Of a stretch of 54,928 bases of DNA, positions 16,736-26,327 are shown one piece after another. The DNA is from Candidatus Micrarchaeota archaeon. GTDB lineage: Archaea; Micrarchaeota; Micrarchaeia; Anstonellales; Anstonellaceae. Every line of letters begins with the position of its first letter. Within the stretch, counting starts at the first letter, position 1. The stretch is taken from contig JAOAJY010000004.1 of NCBI GenBank assembly GCA_026413965.1, positions 1 to 54,928 of the forward strand. The letters run 5' to 3'. The position numbers and the translations under genes were made by a program. Under the pieces are notes generated by a model, which was not told the origin of the DNA, searched no databases, and was given only the letters and a program-made list of their open reading frames with translations.

Positions 16736-17920
16736 ATGGCAAATGGCAACAAAAGCAAGAACATCTATTTTCTTGGGGCAGCCAGCTTCTTCACTGACAT
16801 TTCATCCGAAATGGTCTTCTCCGCTCTCCCCCTTTTCATAACTTCAGTGCTCGGAGCGGGGAAAGAAGTGCTCGGGCTGATTGAGGCAATAGCAGACAGC
16901 TTCTCCTCGCTGCTTGATATTTTCATCGGGTTCGCGTCAGACAGGCAGGAAAGCCGGAAGGGGTTCGTCCTTTTGGGGTATGGGCTTTCCTTTCTCTCAA
17001 AGTTCGGCATAGCGCTCTCTTCTGCCTGGCAATCCGTGCTGCTGTTCAGGGCTTCGGACCGATTGGGGAAAAGCATCAGGACAGCGCCCAGAGACGCCAT
17101 CATAGCATCATCTGCCAAGAAGGGCAATTTGGGGCAAGCATTCGGGCTGCACCGCGCCATGGACACTGCGGGCGCCATAGTCGGTCCAGCAGCCGCATAC
17201 CTGGTCCTTCTTCATGCAGGAAGCGGAGAGGAGGGCCTCAGGTCTGTCCTTTACCTCTCTCTCCTTCCTGCCCTGCTTGCAGTCTTGATAATCTGGAAAT
17301 TCGTCAAGGAGAAAAGCGGCAAAGCCAGAAGCCAAGGATTCCGCTTGAGGCCAAGCAAGTCGGCATTTCTGAGGAAGCTTTCCTCCCTCCCAAAAGGCTT
17401 CAAAAGGTTCCTGCTGGTTTCCTGCTTCTTTTCTCTTTCTTATTTCAGCTTCGCTTTCATGCTTGCCAGGGCAAGCGAGCTTGGCGTGCCTGCCCATGAC
17501 ATCATGCTTCTTTACGCCATCTTCAACGTCGCATACCTGCTGGCGTCAGTCCCAGCAGGATGGGTGTCGGACAGGATAGGGGGAAAGACAGCAATCGCAT
17601 TGTCTTTCTTCCTCTACGCATTGGCTTTGGCCGGATTTTCTTTCTTGTCTGATTTTGCCCACCTTGCAGCCCTGTTTGCCCTCTGCGGCATCTTCGCCTC
17701 GGCAGATGAGTCAGCAAACAAAGCCTACATTTCAAGCATTGCAGGGGAGAGAAGCGCTGCGACTGCCTTGGGGGCTTACAGCTCGGCGGTGGGGCTGTTC
17801 TATCTTCCTGCAAATTTGGCTGCAGGGCTGGTCTGGTCCGCGGCAGGAGCGCCAGCAGCCTTCCTTCTTGCGGCGCTCATAGCGTTCGCAAGCGGCATAG
17901 CCATGCTGAAATTCGCATGA
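16736..17920 (+). CDS. MFS transporter
   Basis: About 12 TM helices; DRLGKSIRTAPRDA and GWVSDRIG MFS loop motifs. Confidence 0.92.
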   Translation: MANGNKSKNIYFLGAASFFTDISSEMVFSALPLFITSVLGAGKEVLGLIEAIADSFSSLLDIFIGFASDRQESRKGFVLLGYGLSFLSKFGIALSSAWQSVLLFRASDRLGKSIRTAPRDAIIASSAKKGNLGQAFGLHRAMDTAGAIVGPAAAYLVLLHAGSGEEGLRSVLYLSLLPALLAVLIIWKFVKEKSGKARSQGFRLRPSKSAFLRKLSSLPKGFKRFLLVSCFFSLSYFSFAFMLARASELGVPAHDIMLLYAIFNVAYLLASVPAGWVSDRIGGKTAIALSFFLYALALAGFSFLSDFAHLAALFALCGIFASADESANKAYISSIAGERSAATALGAYSSAVGLFYLPANLAAGLVWSAAGAPAAFLLAALIAFASGIAMLKFA

Positions 17921-18016
17921 GGGATGCCATCCAGCCTTCTGCTCCAGCCTCCCCAACCTAATTCTTTATTAACTGAGCCTTCATTTTTCTTGCAGCGGCC
18001 AGAAAAGGTTATTGCT

Positions 18017-19651
18017 ATGGCAACTGTTACTGACAAGATTTTCTCTGAATTCAAGGAGCATTCTGTCGCGGAGTTTTTCAAGAAGAACCAGCAGATGCTT
18101 GGGTTTTCCGGAAAAACCCGCTCCTTGACAACAGTTGTCCATGAGTATATCACCAATTCGCTTGACGCTTGCGAGGAGGCAGGCATTCTTCCTGAGGTTT
18201 CCGTCACTATTGAGGAGCTGGACAAAGATTCGGGAAGATACCGGATAATCGCTGAGGACAACGGGCCAGGAATCCCTGAGAAGCATATTGGCAAGGCATT
18301 GGGGCAGATGCTTGCTGGGACAAAGTTCCACCGATATGCCCAGCAAAGGGGGCAGCAGGGGATTGGGGCTGCAGGATGCACAATGTATGCTCAGATAACC
18401 ACAGGCAAGCCAATAAAGGTTGTGAGCAGGTATGACCGGAAAAAAATATCATGCGAAATCTCCATCGACTTGAAGTCCAACACGCCAAAAATAATGAATC
18501 TTTCAAAAGAGGAGGGGGATTTCGGCAGCGGGCTTAGGGTAGAGGCAGAGATAGCTGACGCGAAATACGACAAGTCCAGCTTTGGGGCGTACGAGTACGT
18601 CCGCAGGACCGCGCTTGCCAATCCCCATCTTCAAATAACCCTCAATGCTCCTGATGGCGAAAAAGCGGTCTTCCCGCGCTCCTCGACCAAAATACCCGAA
18701 AAGCCGGTTGTGGTGCAGCCGCACCCTCTTGGGATAACCACCAACGACCTGATTGATTTCGCCCACCGCGAGAGGGAGTTCATACGCATCTCCTCTTTTT
18801 TGCAGGAAAGGTTCGCAAGGGTGTCGCCTGCAAAAGTGGATGAGCTGCGCAGCCTGGTTCCGGATTTGGACTTCAACAAAAAGCCTTCTGAGCTCCAATG
18901 GCACGAGGCGGAGAAGCTGGTGAAAGCCATCCACAGCCCCTCAATAAAGTGGATTGCCCCCTCCACTGATTCGGTCAAGCCCATCGGCAAAGAGCAGATA
19001 GAGAAATCCCTCCAAAATATCCTGGCTCCGCAATTTGTTGTGGTCGCGGAGCGCTCCCCAAAGATATTCAAAGGGGGCATACCATTCATGGTGGAGGCTG
19101 CCATAGCCTATGGCGGCGGGGCAGGGAAAAAAGCAGGAGACGCCTCCTCAAGCGAGATAATAAGGTATGCAAACCGGGCTCCGCTGCTTTTTGACAATTC
19201 CGGCTGCGCGATAACTGAGGCAGTCAAGTCAATAGACTGGAAAAGGTACGGGCTGAAGAACTTTGACGAGGAGCCTATTTCAGTCTTTGTGAACATTTCA
19301 TCAGTGTATGTGCCATACACTTCGGCAGGCAAGCAGGCCATTTCCAACGAAGAGGAAATCGTGCAGGAGATAAAGAATGCTGTGATGGAGGCGGCCAGGG
19401 AGCTGCAGAGGTACCTTTCTGGAATAAACAGGGAAAAAGAGAGGCATGAAAGGAAAAAGGCAATACTAAGATATGTCCAGCAGCTCTCAAAGGATTTGCC
19501 CGACCTTGCAGGCAAAGGCAAGCCAGAAGAGGTGGAAAAGAAGCTTGTTCATCTTATTGAAACCAAATACTCCTCGCACATAGAGAATGCTGAGGAGGAA
19601 GAGCCTCTCCAAAAGGAAGGCCAAGAGGAGGAAGAGGACATAGAAGAATGA
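18017..19651 (+). CDS. top6B: DNA topoisomerase VI subunit B
   Basis: GHKL motifs HEYITNSLDA, EDNGPGI, RGQQGIGAAG; H2TH and transducer RYANRAPLL. Confidence 0.97.
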   Translation: MATVTDKIFSEFKEHSVAEFFKKNQQMLGFSGKTRSLTTVVHEYITNSLDACEEAGILPEVSVTIEELDKDSGRYRIIAEDNGPGIPEKHIGKALGQMLAGTKFHRYAQQRGQQGIGAAGCTMYAQITTGKPIKVVSRYDRKKISCEISIDLKSNTPKIMNLSKEEGDFGSGLRVEAEIADAKYDKSSFGAYEYVRRTALANPHLQITLNAPDGEKAVFPRSSTKIPEKPVVVQPHPLGITTNDLIDFAHREREFIRISSFLQERFARVSPAKVDELRSLVPDLDFNKKPSELQWHEAEKLVKAIHSPSIKWIAPSTDSVKPIGKEQIEKSLQNILAPQFVVVAERSPKIFKGGIPFMVEAAIAYGGGAGKKAGDASSSEIIRYANRAPLLFDNSGCAITEAVKSIDWKRYGLKNFDEEPISVFVNISSVYVPYTSAGKQAISNEEEIVQEIKNAVMEAARELQRYLSGINREKERHERKKAILRYVQQLSKDLPDLAGKGKPEEVEKKLVHLIETKYSSHIENAEEEEPLQKEGQEEEEDIEE

Positions 19652-20772
19652 TGGGGATTTTCATGGCAGGCAAGACAAAAGAGGCGGATGTCATAAAAAA
19701 GCTGGAGGAGCTTGGGCAGAAGATGCTTTCGCAAATAGATGCCGAATCCTCACCCACTTTCACTACGGCCTTGCGAAGCAAAGGCAACATAATCTATGAT
19801 GAGGGAGTTGGCTACATAAGGCTTGGCGGCAAGACAGAAGAAAGGAAATTCGTCAATGTCGGGCAAGCCAGAAAATTCATGCAGACGGTTGCAATAGCGG
19901 CCAAATGCAAAAAATTCCTCAAAGAAGGCGCGCATACCTCCATAAGGGGCTTGTTTTACCAGCTCAAATTCTCTTTGGGGGACAATTTGGATGAGGAGCT
20001 GTTCTCCGAGCAGTCGGAATCCAATCCATTGGTTGAGGATTTGGAGGTTGCCTTGGGAGTCAAAAGGGAAGACTTGAACTTGAACACAGACAGGAAAGGA
20101 GTGGTCGCAGGCCCGCTTGTCCTCAAAGACAAGTTCGGCGGAGGGGAGGACATCATTGACTGCACCAAGCAAGGCAGGAGCGGCTGGATGATTCCGTCAG
20201 ATGTGGACAACGGAATGGAATTCCTTGAAGTTGGCGCAGACTATGTCTTGGTTGTGGAGAAAGATGCGATGTGGCAGAGGCTAAACGAGGACAAATTCTG
20301 GAAAAAAGAGAATTGCATACTTATCACTCCAAAAGGGCAGGCAAGCCGCGGATGCAGGAGGCTTATCAGAAAGCTTGCCTCAAGAAAGCTCCCGGTTTAT
20401 GTCTTCACCGACTGCGACGCATGGGGATGGTACATTTACTGGGCGATAAAGACTGGCAGCATGAATCTTGCCTATCTTGGAAGCGACATCGCAACGCCTG
20501 AGGCGCGGTTTGTGGGGGTCACAATGAGCGACATAAAAGACTATGATTTCCTCGGCCAGCTCACCATAAATGCGAAAGAGGTGGACATCAAGAGGGCAGA
20601 GGAGATGCTTTCTTATGATTGGATTCAGCACCACAAGGACTGGGTGGAGGAGCTCAAAACCGTGCTTAAGACCAAGAAGAAATTGGAGCAAGACGCTCTC
20701 CAAGGCCCTCGGCTTTCTTTTGTGGGGGATTATCTTCGCGAAAAGATAGCAAAAAAGAAATTCTTGGCATGA
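19648..20772 (+). CDS. top6A: DNA topoisomerase VI subunit A
   Basis: SIRGLFY (catalytic Tyr), TOPRIM VVEKDA and FTDCDAWG, KLEQDAL. Confidence 0.96.
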   Translation: MMGIFMAGKTKEADVIKKLEELGQKMLSQIDAESSPTFTTALRSKGNIIYDEGVGYIRLGGKTEERKFVNVGQARKFMQTVAIAAKCKKFLKEGAHTSIRGLFYQLKFSLGDNLDEELFSEQSESNPLVEDLEVALGVKREDLNLNTDRKGVVAGPLVLKDKFGGGEDIIDCTKQGRSGWMIPSDVDNGMEFLEVGADYVLVVEKDAMWQRLNEDKFWKKENCILITPKGQASRGCRRLIRKLASRKLPVYVFTDCDAWGWYIYWAIKTGSMNLAYLGSDIATPEARFVGVTMSDIKDYDFLGQLTINAKEVDIKRAEEMLSYDWIQHHKDWVEELKTVLKTKKKLEQDALQGPRLSFVGDYLREKIAKKKFLA

Positions 20773-20844
20773 TTTCTTCCTGCTTTCAGCGCTTTTGCGC
20801 AAAAGCTTTTATACATATATTGTCACTAATTAGAACAGATTTTC

Positions 20845-21324
20845 ATGTCTCAGCATATCCTTCGGGATTTGCATGCCAAAAGGCTGGCGAAAAGCCAGGC
20901 AGCAGGCAAGCCAGACCAATTCATGCCGAATTTCTTTCCATCCATGCAGCCACTCAAAGAAAGCCCAATTTTTGCCGAAAGAAAGCCCAAGCGATGGTTC
21001 AAGCCCTTCAGCAGCAAAATCTGGAGGTGGGGCGCCTTCAAATGCCAAGTCTATCTGGCGCTGTCAGACATGAGCGAAGGGCAATACAAAATACGCGCCG
21101 GCCAGCAGTTCATAATCGCCTCTGGCGCGACATTCAAAGAAGGCGCAATGCAGCCAATAGGCTTTTGGAAAAGGCTGCTTGGAATAGGCAATTTCACCCA
21201 TTACCAGCTGGTGGTTGAGGTAATGGAGCCCTATCCCCGAAGGCCCTCATTTGAGGTAATGTATTTTTCAAAAGAGAAGCTTGAGAAGTGCTTCCAATCA
21301 GCCTCTTTCAAGAAGCAGGCATAG
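20845..21324 (+). CDS. Hypothetical protein
   Basis: 159-aa ORF with its own TTTATA box ~35 nt upstream; no recognised domain. Confidence 0.55.
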   Translation: MSQHILRDLHAKRLAKSQAAGKPDQFMPNFFPSMQPLKESPIFAERKPKRWFKPFSSKIWRWGAFKCQVYLALSDMSEGQYKIRAGQQFIIASGATFKEGAMQPIGFWKRLLGIGNFTHYQLVVEVMEPYPRRPSFEVMYFSKEKLEKCFQSASFKKQA

Positions 21325-22254
21325 GCTGCATGTCTTGCCTGATGAGGGCTCCCCGCAGCTTTTGCACCTCCCTATTTTCGCAAAGCTTCCAGCCTTCTCA
21401 ATCCGGTACCTTGCGCCATCCAGCATCAGGCGGCTTTGCTCAAGGAATGCCCTCACCACCCTCAATTTTGTTCCTGGGTATTTGCCCTCAATCTCGTTGA
21501 GCATCTTCCTTATGTATTGCCTGAAAGCGTTTTTTGCGTATGGGCACTCGGCGAATTCTATCTGAATGCCTTTCATCACCGCATATGCAGCAACATCCCT
21601 CTCAGGAGTGGTGAAAAGGGGCTTTATCCTTTTGACAAAAGCCTCGTCATCCACCGCGCCTGATGTCAAACCAAACCTTCCCAGCCTCTCTGGCTCGTTG
21701 CGCATAAGGTTCATCATTACAGTTTGGGCAACGTCATCTGCGTTATGCCCTATCGCAATCTTGTCTGCCCCAAGCTCCCTTGCGTATTTGTTCAGCAGAT
21801 GCCTCCTCATGACTCCGCAATATGTGCACGCCCTTGCGGCGCCTTTTGCCTCAAGCAGGCCATCCAGAGTGCTTTGGAATTCTTCTCTGAAGCTGACAAC
21901 AGTGAGCGGTACGCCCAGCCTGCTGCACTGCTCTTTTGCTATCTCCAAGGTCCTGCTCCTATATCCTTCTATTCCCTCATCAATTGTTATGGCATGGAGC
22001 TCTATGGGCAGGGATTGGGATATTTTGTGCAGCATATGCAGCATGACGCAGGAATCCTTCCCGCCTGAAAGCCCGACAGCTATCCTCTCGCCCTTTTTGA
22101 GCATGCGGTGCTGCCGCACAGTCCTTTTCACTCTTGCCTCAAACAGCCTCACGAAGTGCGATTGGCAAAGATCCGCAGGCATGTACCTCAATGTTATTGC
22201 GGCAGGCTTTCCGCATTTGGCGCAAAGCCCGCTGCTTTGCTTATCGCTTTCCAT
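21298..22254 (-). CDS. tRNA 2-thiolation protein TtuA/NcsA (TIGR00269 type)
   Basis: PP-loop SGGKDS, CTYCGVMRR, GHNADD, ECPY, N- and C-terminal Zn fingers. Confidence 0.93.
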   Translation of the reverse strand: MESDKQSSGLCAKCGKPAAITLRYMPADLCQSHFVRLFEARVKRTVRQHRMLKKGERIAVGLSGGKDSCVMLHMLHKISQSLPIELHAITIDEGIEGYRSRTLEIAKEQCSRLGVPLTVVSFREEFQSTLDGLLEAKGAARACTYCGVMRRHLLNKYARELGADKIAIGHNADDVAQTVMMNLMRNEPERLGRFGLTSGAVDDEAFVKRIKPLFTTPERDVAAYAVMKGIQIEFAECPYAKNAFRQYIRKMLNEIEGKYPGTKLRVVRAFLEQSRLMLDGARYRIEKAGSFAKIGRCKSCGEPSSGKTCSLCLLLERG

Positions 22255-22255
22255 C

Positions 22256-22447
22256 TCAACCGCCGAATATCACTCTCATCACTTTCACTTCGTCCTCTCC
22301 AGATATGCTTGCGCTGTTGGGCGAAAGCTTCCCGTTTATTTTCACCAGCACCTCTTCCTCAGAAAGCCCCAAGGCAGAAATCAGCTCAGCCACAGTCTTT
22401 GCTTTCGGAGGATTTTTGATGCTCTTGCCGTCAACGCTCAGCCTCAT
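22256..22447 (-). CDS. Ubiquitin-like sulfur carrier (ThiS/MoaD/SAMP/TtuB-like)
   Basis: 63-aa beta-grasp protein ending in VIFGG, directly upstream of the TtuA homolog. Confidence 0.92.
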   Translation of the reverse strand: MRLSVDGKSIKNPPKAKTVAELISALGLSEEEVLVKINGKLSPNSASISGEDEVKVMRVIFGG

Positions 22448-22501
22448 GAAATCACAATTGGCTCTGCGAAAGATTAAATAAAACAGTATCGCTTTACAAG
22501 C

Positions 22502-24646
22502 ATGCGAAAAGCCCCCGTCCAGATATTCTTGCTTTTGGTTTTTGGAGCCCTTTCTGCAGAGGCTCTAAACCCTCGCCTTGCGCACTATTCAAGCGTTTTG
22601 ATTGACGAAAGCGGGCAGGTGAGCATTGAAGGAGGAGAGATAAAAGACCTTGCAATAAACCTCACCATACCGCCATCCAGGCCTTACCAGCAAGTCCAAG
22701 CCAACGACAAGGTGCTCTCTGACCCTCTCGGCAACAGCTTCATATCAATCAAAGCCTCCAATCCTCCAAACCCCTTTTACTACTCCCGACAAGTGCTGGT
22801 CAAATCCTACTCAAGAACCACCAAAAGCCTTCCAGAAAGATTTTCGCCCCCGCCAGATGCAGCCGCTTTTCTTTCGCAGACCAACCGGACGCAGTCAAAT
22901 GACCGGGCAATACAGGAGCTTGCCTTCCGCATCACTGAGAATGCAACCAGCCAATTTGAGAAAGCCGCGCTTCTTGCAATCTTCGTGCATAACCACATAA
23001 ATTACACCGAGTCTTTGGTGGGCAAAGAAAAAGACGCTTTATGGGTGCTGGAAAACAGGCAGGGCGTCTGCACAGAATACTCCACTTTGTTTGTCGCCAT
23101 GGCGCGGGCAATCGGCATCCCAGCAAGGTATGTGACAGGGTATGTTTATTCTGACAAGTTTGAGGGCTGGATGGGGCATGCCTGGGCAGAAGTGTTCTTG
23201 GGAGATTGGGTTCCAGTAGACCCTACCTGGTTTGAGGTAGGCAGCCTTGATGCTTTGCACATAGAGACCGGAAGGCATATCGAAATTTCCCACGAGCCTT
23301 CCTTGCATGCCACTGTGACCAACCCTGACGCAAAGTTAAGCTGGAGTTCCACAGGCAGAAGCGGAGCTTTCGCCAAGAACATAAAGACTCTTGAGGCGCA
23401 AGCCTCTGCCCCGATTTCTTCCTTCGATTTGGCTTCAGTCTCCTCCCGCCTTTCTCCAGGCAGCAGCACGCTGGTGTTTCTGACCATGGCAGGAGAGGAC
23501 TATAGGGCTGTGCCAGTCTCCCTTGCTTCCTGCGTTGGCCAAAAAGTGGTGGATATTTTCCCAAGAGAGGAGCAATATCTCATTTTGGAGCCTGGCAAGA
23601 ATGCCACTGCCGTATGGCAAATTGTGGCTGCAGACAATTTGGATCCGCGATATATCTATACATGCGCCCTGACCCTCAACTCTCCCTACCTTGAAAGAAG
23701 AAGCTTGGAGATAAAAGTGGATTCAGGAGCCCCAAAGCCTGGCAAGTTTTCCGCGCTTCTTCAAAATCCAGTGAGCCTTCCTGGGAATCCAAACAGCGTC
23801 GCATTTTCCCTTCCTCCATCCATGGCAGGAAAAAGAGCCTATGTGGTCACGCCAGAAGGCGTATTCTCCACAAGCATAATGTCGAATTCGGAGAGGATAG
23901 AATTTGCCTTGAAATCGATAGGCAAAATCCCAATCTATGCGGCTGTTGAAGATTCAGGCTATCGGCAGCTGCTTGTCCAATCAGAGCCCAATATTTCCAT
24001 GTCCATCTCCTCATTCACTCTTCCCTCCTATGTGCTTTTGGGGCAGCCGCTTGCCGGATCAGCCAGGATATCCTCAAAATCCTATCCAGCCAACTTTTCC
24101 CTTTTGTTCTTGTTTGGAGGCAAAAAGACAGCATCTTCAGGCAAGCTGGACTACCCTCAAGATTTTGAAATCAGCTACCTTCCTGAAAATGAAGGCGAGT
24201 ATCTGGCTAAAATCCAGCTTCTTTCGCCTCAAGGCGAGGTTCTTGATGAGAAAAGCCAGCTTGTCCTTGTCTTTGAGCAGCCTGATGTCTCCATCCGCGA
24301 TGTCAAGCTTGCCAAAGACTCTTACGGAATAATCACCACCATATACTTTAGCATATCTGGGCAGCCAGTCTCGCCAGTGATTTCTCTGAACGGAATCCGC
24401 TACAGGGCAAACGACACTTTGAGGCTCCGCATTCCAGAAGGAGAATATGAGGTAGAGCTGAGCTGGTCTGACAAGGCAGGGAACTCATATTTTAGGCAGG
24501 CAGGAATAAAAGTTTCAGACCCGAAAGTTCAAGGCATCCTGGAGGGGCTCAAAGAGAAGCCAAAGCAGCAGCCATCAAGCCGCTTTTGCCCTGTGGCATT
24601 CGCAGTTTTCGCATCAGCCTTGGCGATCGCAATCGCAAGGCGGTGA
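22502..24646 (+). CDS. Secreted transglutaminase-like (cysteine protease fold) surface protein
   Basis: Signal peptide; catalytic triad GVCTEYS / GHAWAEV / PVDPTW; long beta-rich C-terminal region; hydrophobic-basic tail. Confidence 0.85.
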   Translation: MRKAPVQIFLLLVFGALSAEALNPRLAHYSSVLIDESGQVSIEGGEIKDLAINLTIPPSRPYQQVQANDKVLSDPLGNSFISIKASNPPNPFYYSRQVLVKSYSRTTKSLPERFSPPPDAAAFLSQTNRTQSNDRAIQELAFRITENATSQFEKAALLAIFVHNHINYTESLVGKEKDALWVLENRQGVCTEYSTLFVAMARAIGIPARYVTGYVYSDKFEGWMGHAWAEVFLGDWVPVDPTWFEVGSLDALHIETGRHIEISHEPSLHATVTNPDAKLSWSSTGRSGAFAKNIKTLEAQASAPISSFDLASVSSRLSPGSSTLVFLTMAGEDYRAVPVSLASCVGQKVVDIFPREEQYLILEPGKNATAVWQIVAADNLDPRYIYTCALTLNSPYLERRSLEIKVDSGAPKPGKFSALLQNPVSLPGNPNSVAFSLPPSMAGKRAYVVTPEGVFSTSIMSNSERIEFALKSIGKIPIYAAVEDSGYRQLLVQSEPNISMSISSFTLPSYVLLGQPLAGSARISSKSYPANFSLLFLFGGKKTASSGKLDYPQDFEISYLPENEGEYLAKIQLLSPQGEVLDEKSQLVLVFEQPDVSIRDVKLAKDSYGIITTIYFSISGQPVSPVISLNGIRYRANDTLRLRIPEGEYEVELSWSDKAGNSYFRQAGIKVSDPKVQGILEGLKEKPKQQPSSRFCPVAFAVFASALAIAIARR

Positions 24647-24651
24647 GCAGC

Positions 24652-25485
24652 ATGGTTGAGATTGTGTTTCTTGGGACAGGCGGAGGAAGGGTCAACCTGA
24701 TTTTTCAAAAGCGAAGGACTGCCGGTTTCCGCATAAACGGAAGCCTAAAAATCCATGTTGACCCAGGGCCAGGGACGCTTGCCGCCTGCAAGCAGTTTGG
24801 GCAGGATCCTCGCAAGACAGACGCTCTTGTCGTAACCCACAACCACATAGACCATGTTAATGACGCAAGCCTGATTGCTGAAGCCATGAGCAACTATGCG
24901 CTCTCCAAAAACGGCTTTTTGGTGGCATCAAAAAGCGTGATTGACGGCGACGAGAACGGAGATAGAGGAATTTCAAGGTACCATCAGTCAAAAATTGCCC
25001 ATGTGCATGCCGCAAAGCCGGGCTTGCCGATAAATTTGAGCGGCAAAGCCGGCAAATCTGCGATTGTCTATCCCACAAAAGTTGAGCATAACGACCCAAC
25101 CGGCTTTGGTTTTGTGCTGAAAATAGACGGAAAATCCATAGGCTACACATCCGATACCGAGTATTTTCCAGGCTTGTCTGAGCAATTTGAAGGCTGCGAT
25201 TTGCTGATCGCAAATGTAATAAAGCCGGCAAAAGACAGCTTGGACGGGCATCTGCACAGCCAGACAGCCGCAAGGCTTTTTTCAGAAGCCAAGCCAAAGA
25301 TGGCGGTAATCACGCACATAGGAATGAAGCTTATGAAAGCCGGGCCAGAAAAGGAGGCGGCAAGGATAAGCAAAGCCTCAGGCATCCCGACAATCGCTGC
25401 CTCAGATGGCATGAGGCTGAAGATTGGCAGGAGAATATCAGCCTATCCCTATAAGCCCGAAAACCAGCATCATTATCCCAAATAA
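24652..25485 (+). CDS. MBL-fold metallo-hydrolase
   Basis: FLGTGGG, VDPGPG, THNHIDH, H-N-D, SDT, GHLH and THIG motifs. Confidence 0.9.
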   Translation: MVEIVFLGTGGGRVNLIFQKRRTAGFRINGSLKIHVDPGPGTLAACKQFGQDPRKTDALVVTHNHIDHVNDASLIAEAMSNYALSKNGFLVASKSVIDGDENGDRGISRYHQSKIAHVHAAKPGLPINLSGKAGKSAIVYPTKVEHNDPTGFGFVLKIDGKSIGYTSDTEYFPGLSEQFEGCDLLIANVIKPAKDSLDGHLHSQTAARLFSEAKPKMAVITHIGMKLMKAGPEKEAARISKASGIPTIAASDGMRLKIGRRISAYPYKPENQHHYPK

Positions 25486-26241
25486 GAATGCCAGCCAAGC
25501 CACATTCATCCTTTGCGCTATCCTTATGAGCGCATCAATGGTCAGATAGCCAAAAGCAAAGCTGCTTGCTGCAAGCGCCAATCCGTCCGATGCCGGCATG
25601 CTCCAAGAGCCGCTTTCAGAAATCCAAATCAGAAGCTCGGCAAGCAGGACAGTCGGTATTGAAAGAAGGAAGCTCAGCCGGAATGCGCTTTTTGCGTCAA
25701 ATCCCCTCCAAATCAAGGCAGCGGTGGTTGTCCCAGCCCTAGACACGCCAGGCAGCACCGAAAGGCCCTGCAAAGCCCCGGTCAGCACTCCGTCTTTCCA
25801 TGTGGCGGCTTCCTCATGCCTCCACCTGTTTTTGTTTTGGGTGGTGAGCAGAAATCCTGTGAAAACAAGCCCAGCCCCCATCAGCGACAAAAGGGCGCTT
25901 CCGTCAAGGGAAGGCAGGAAGTATTTTTCTGCGGCAAGAATGGGCACGCCGACCAAACCGGTGAAAAAAATTGAGGATGCCAGAAATCCTGCTTTTCCTT
26001 CAAGCAGCCTATTGGCGCTATGGAAGGACAGCCCTTTTGCCATCTCCAAAATTTCTTTCCTGAAATATATTGCGGCGGCAAGCAATGTCCCTGCATGAAG
26101 GTATATGAGCATGGGCAAAATGTCCTCAGGCTTTCCACCAAGCATCGTGTAAGCCAGCGCGCTCATGGTCTTGGATGACAGCGGAAGCCACTCTGTCAAA
26201 GCCTGTATCATTCCAAGCAGAAGGATGGCAAAAAGGTCCAT
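25438..26241 (-). CDS. uppP: Undecaprenyl-diphosphate phosphatase (BacA/UppP family)
   Basis: QALTEWLPLSS and LPGVSRAGTT motifs, FSFLLSIP-like segment, multiple TMs. Confidence 0.88.
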   Translation of the reverse strand: MDLFAILLLGMIQALTEWLPLSSKTMSALAYTMLGGKPEDILPMLIYLHAGTLLAAAIYFRKEILEMAKGLSFHSANRLLEGKAGFLASSIFFTGLVGVPILAAEKYFLPSLDGSALLSLMGAGLVFTGFLLTTQNKNRWRHEEAATWKDGVLTGALQGLSVLPGVSRAGTTTAALIWRGFDAKSAFRLSFLLSIPTVLLAELLIWISESGSWSMPASDGLALAASSFAFGYLTIDALIRIAQRMNVAWLAFLFGIMMLVFGLIGIG

Positions 26242-26327
26242 CTGAATCCTCTTATATCCAAATGAGGGTTTCCATTCTCTGCAAACGATTATAAACATTT
26301 TTCAGGGCTAATTTGGAAAGTGAAAGC

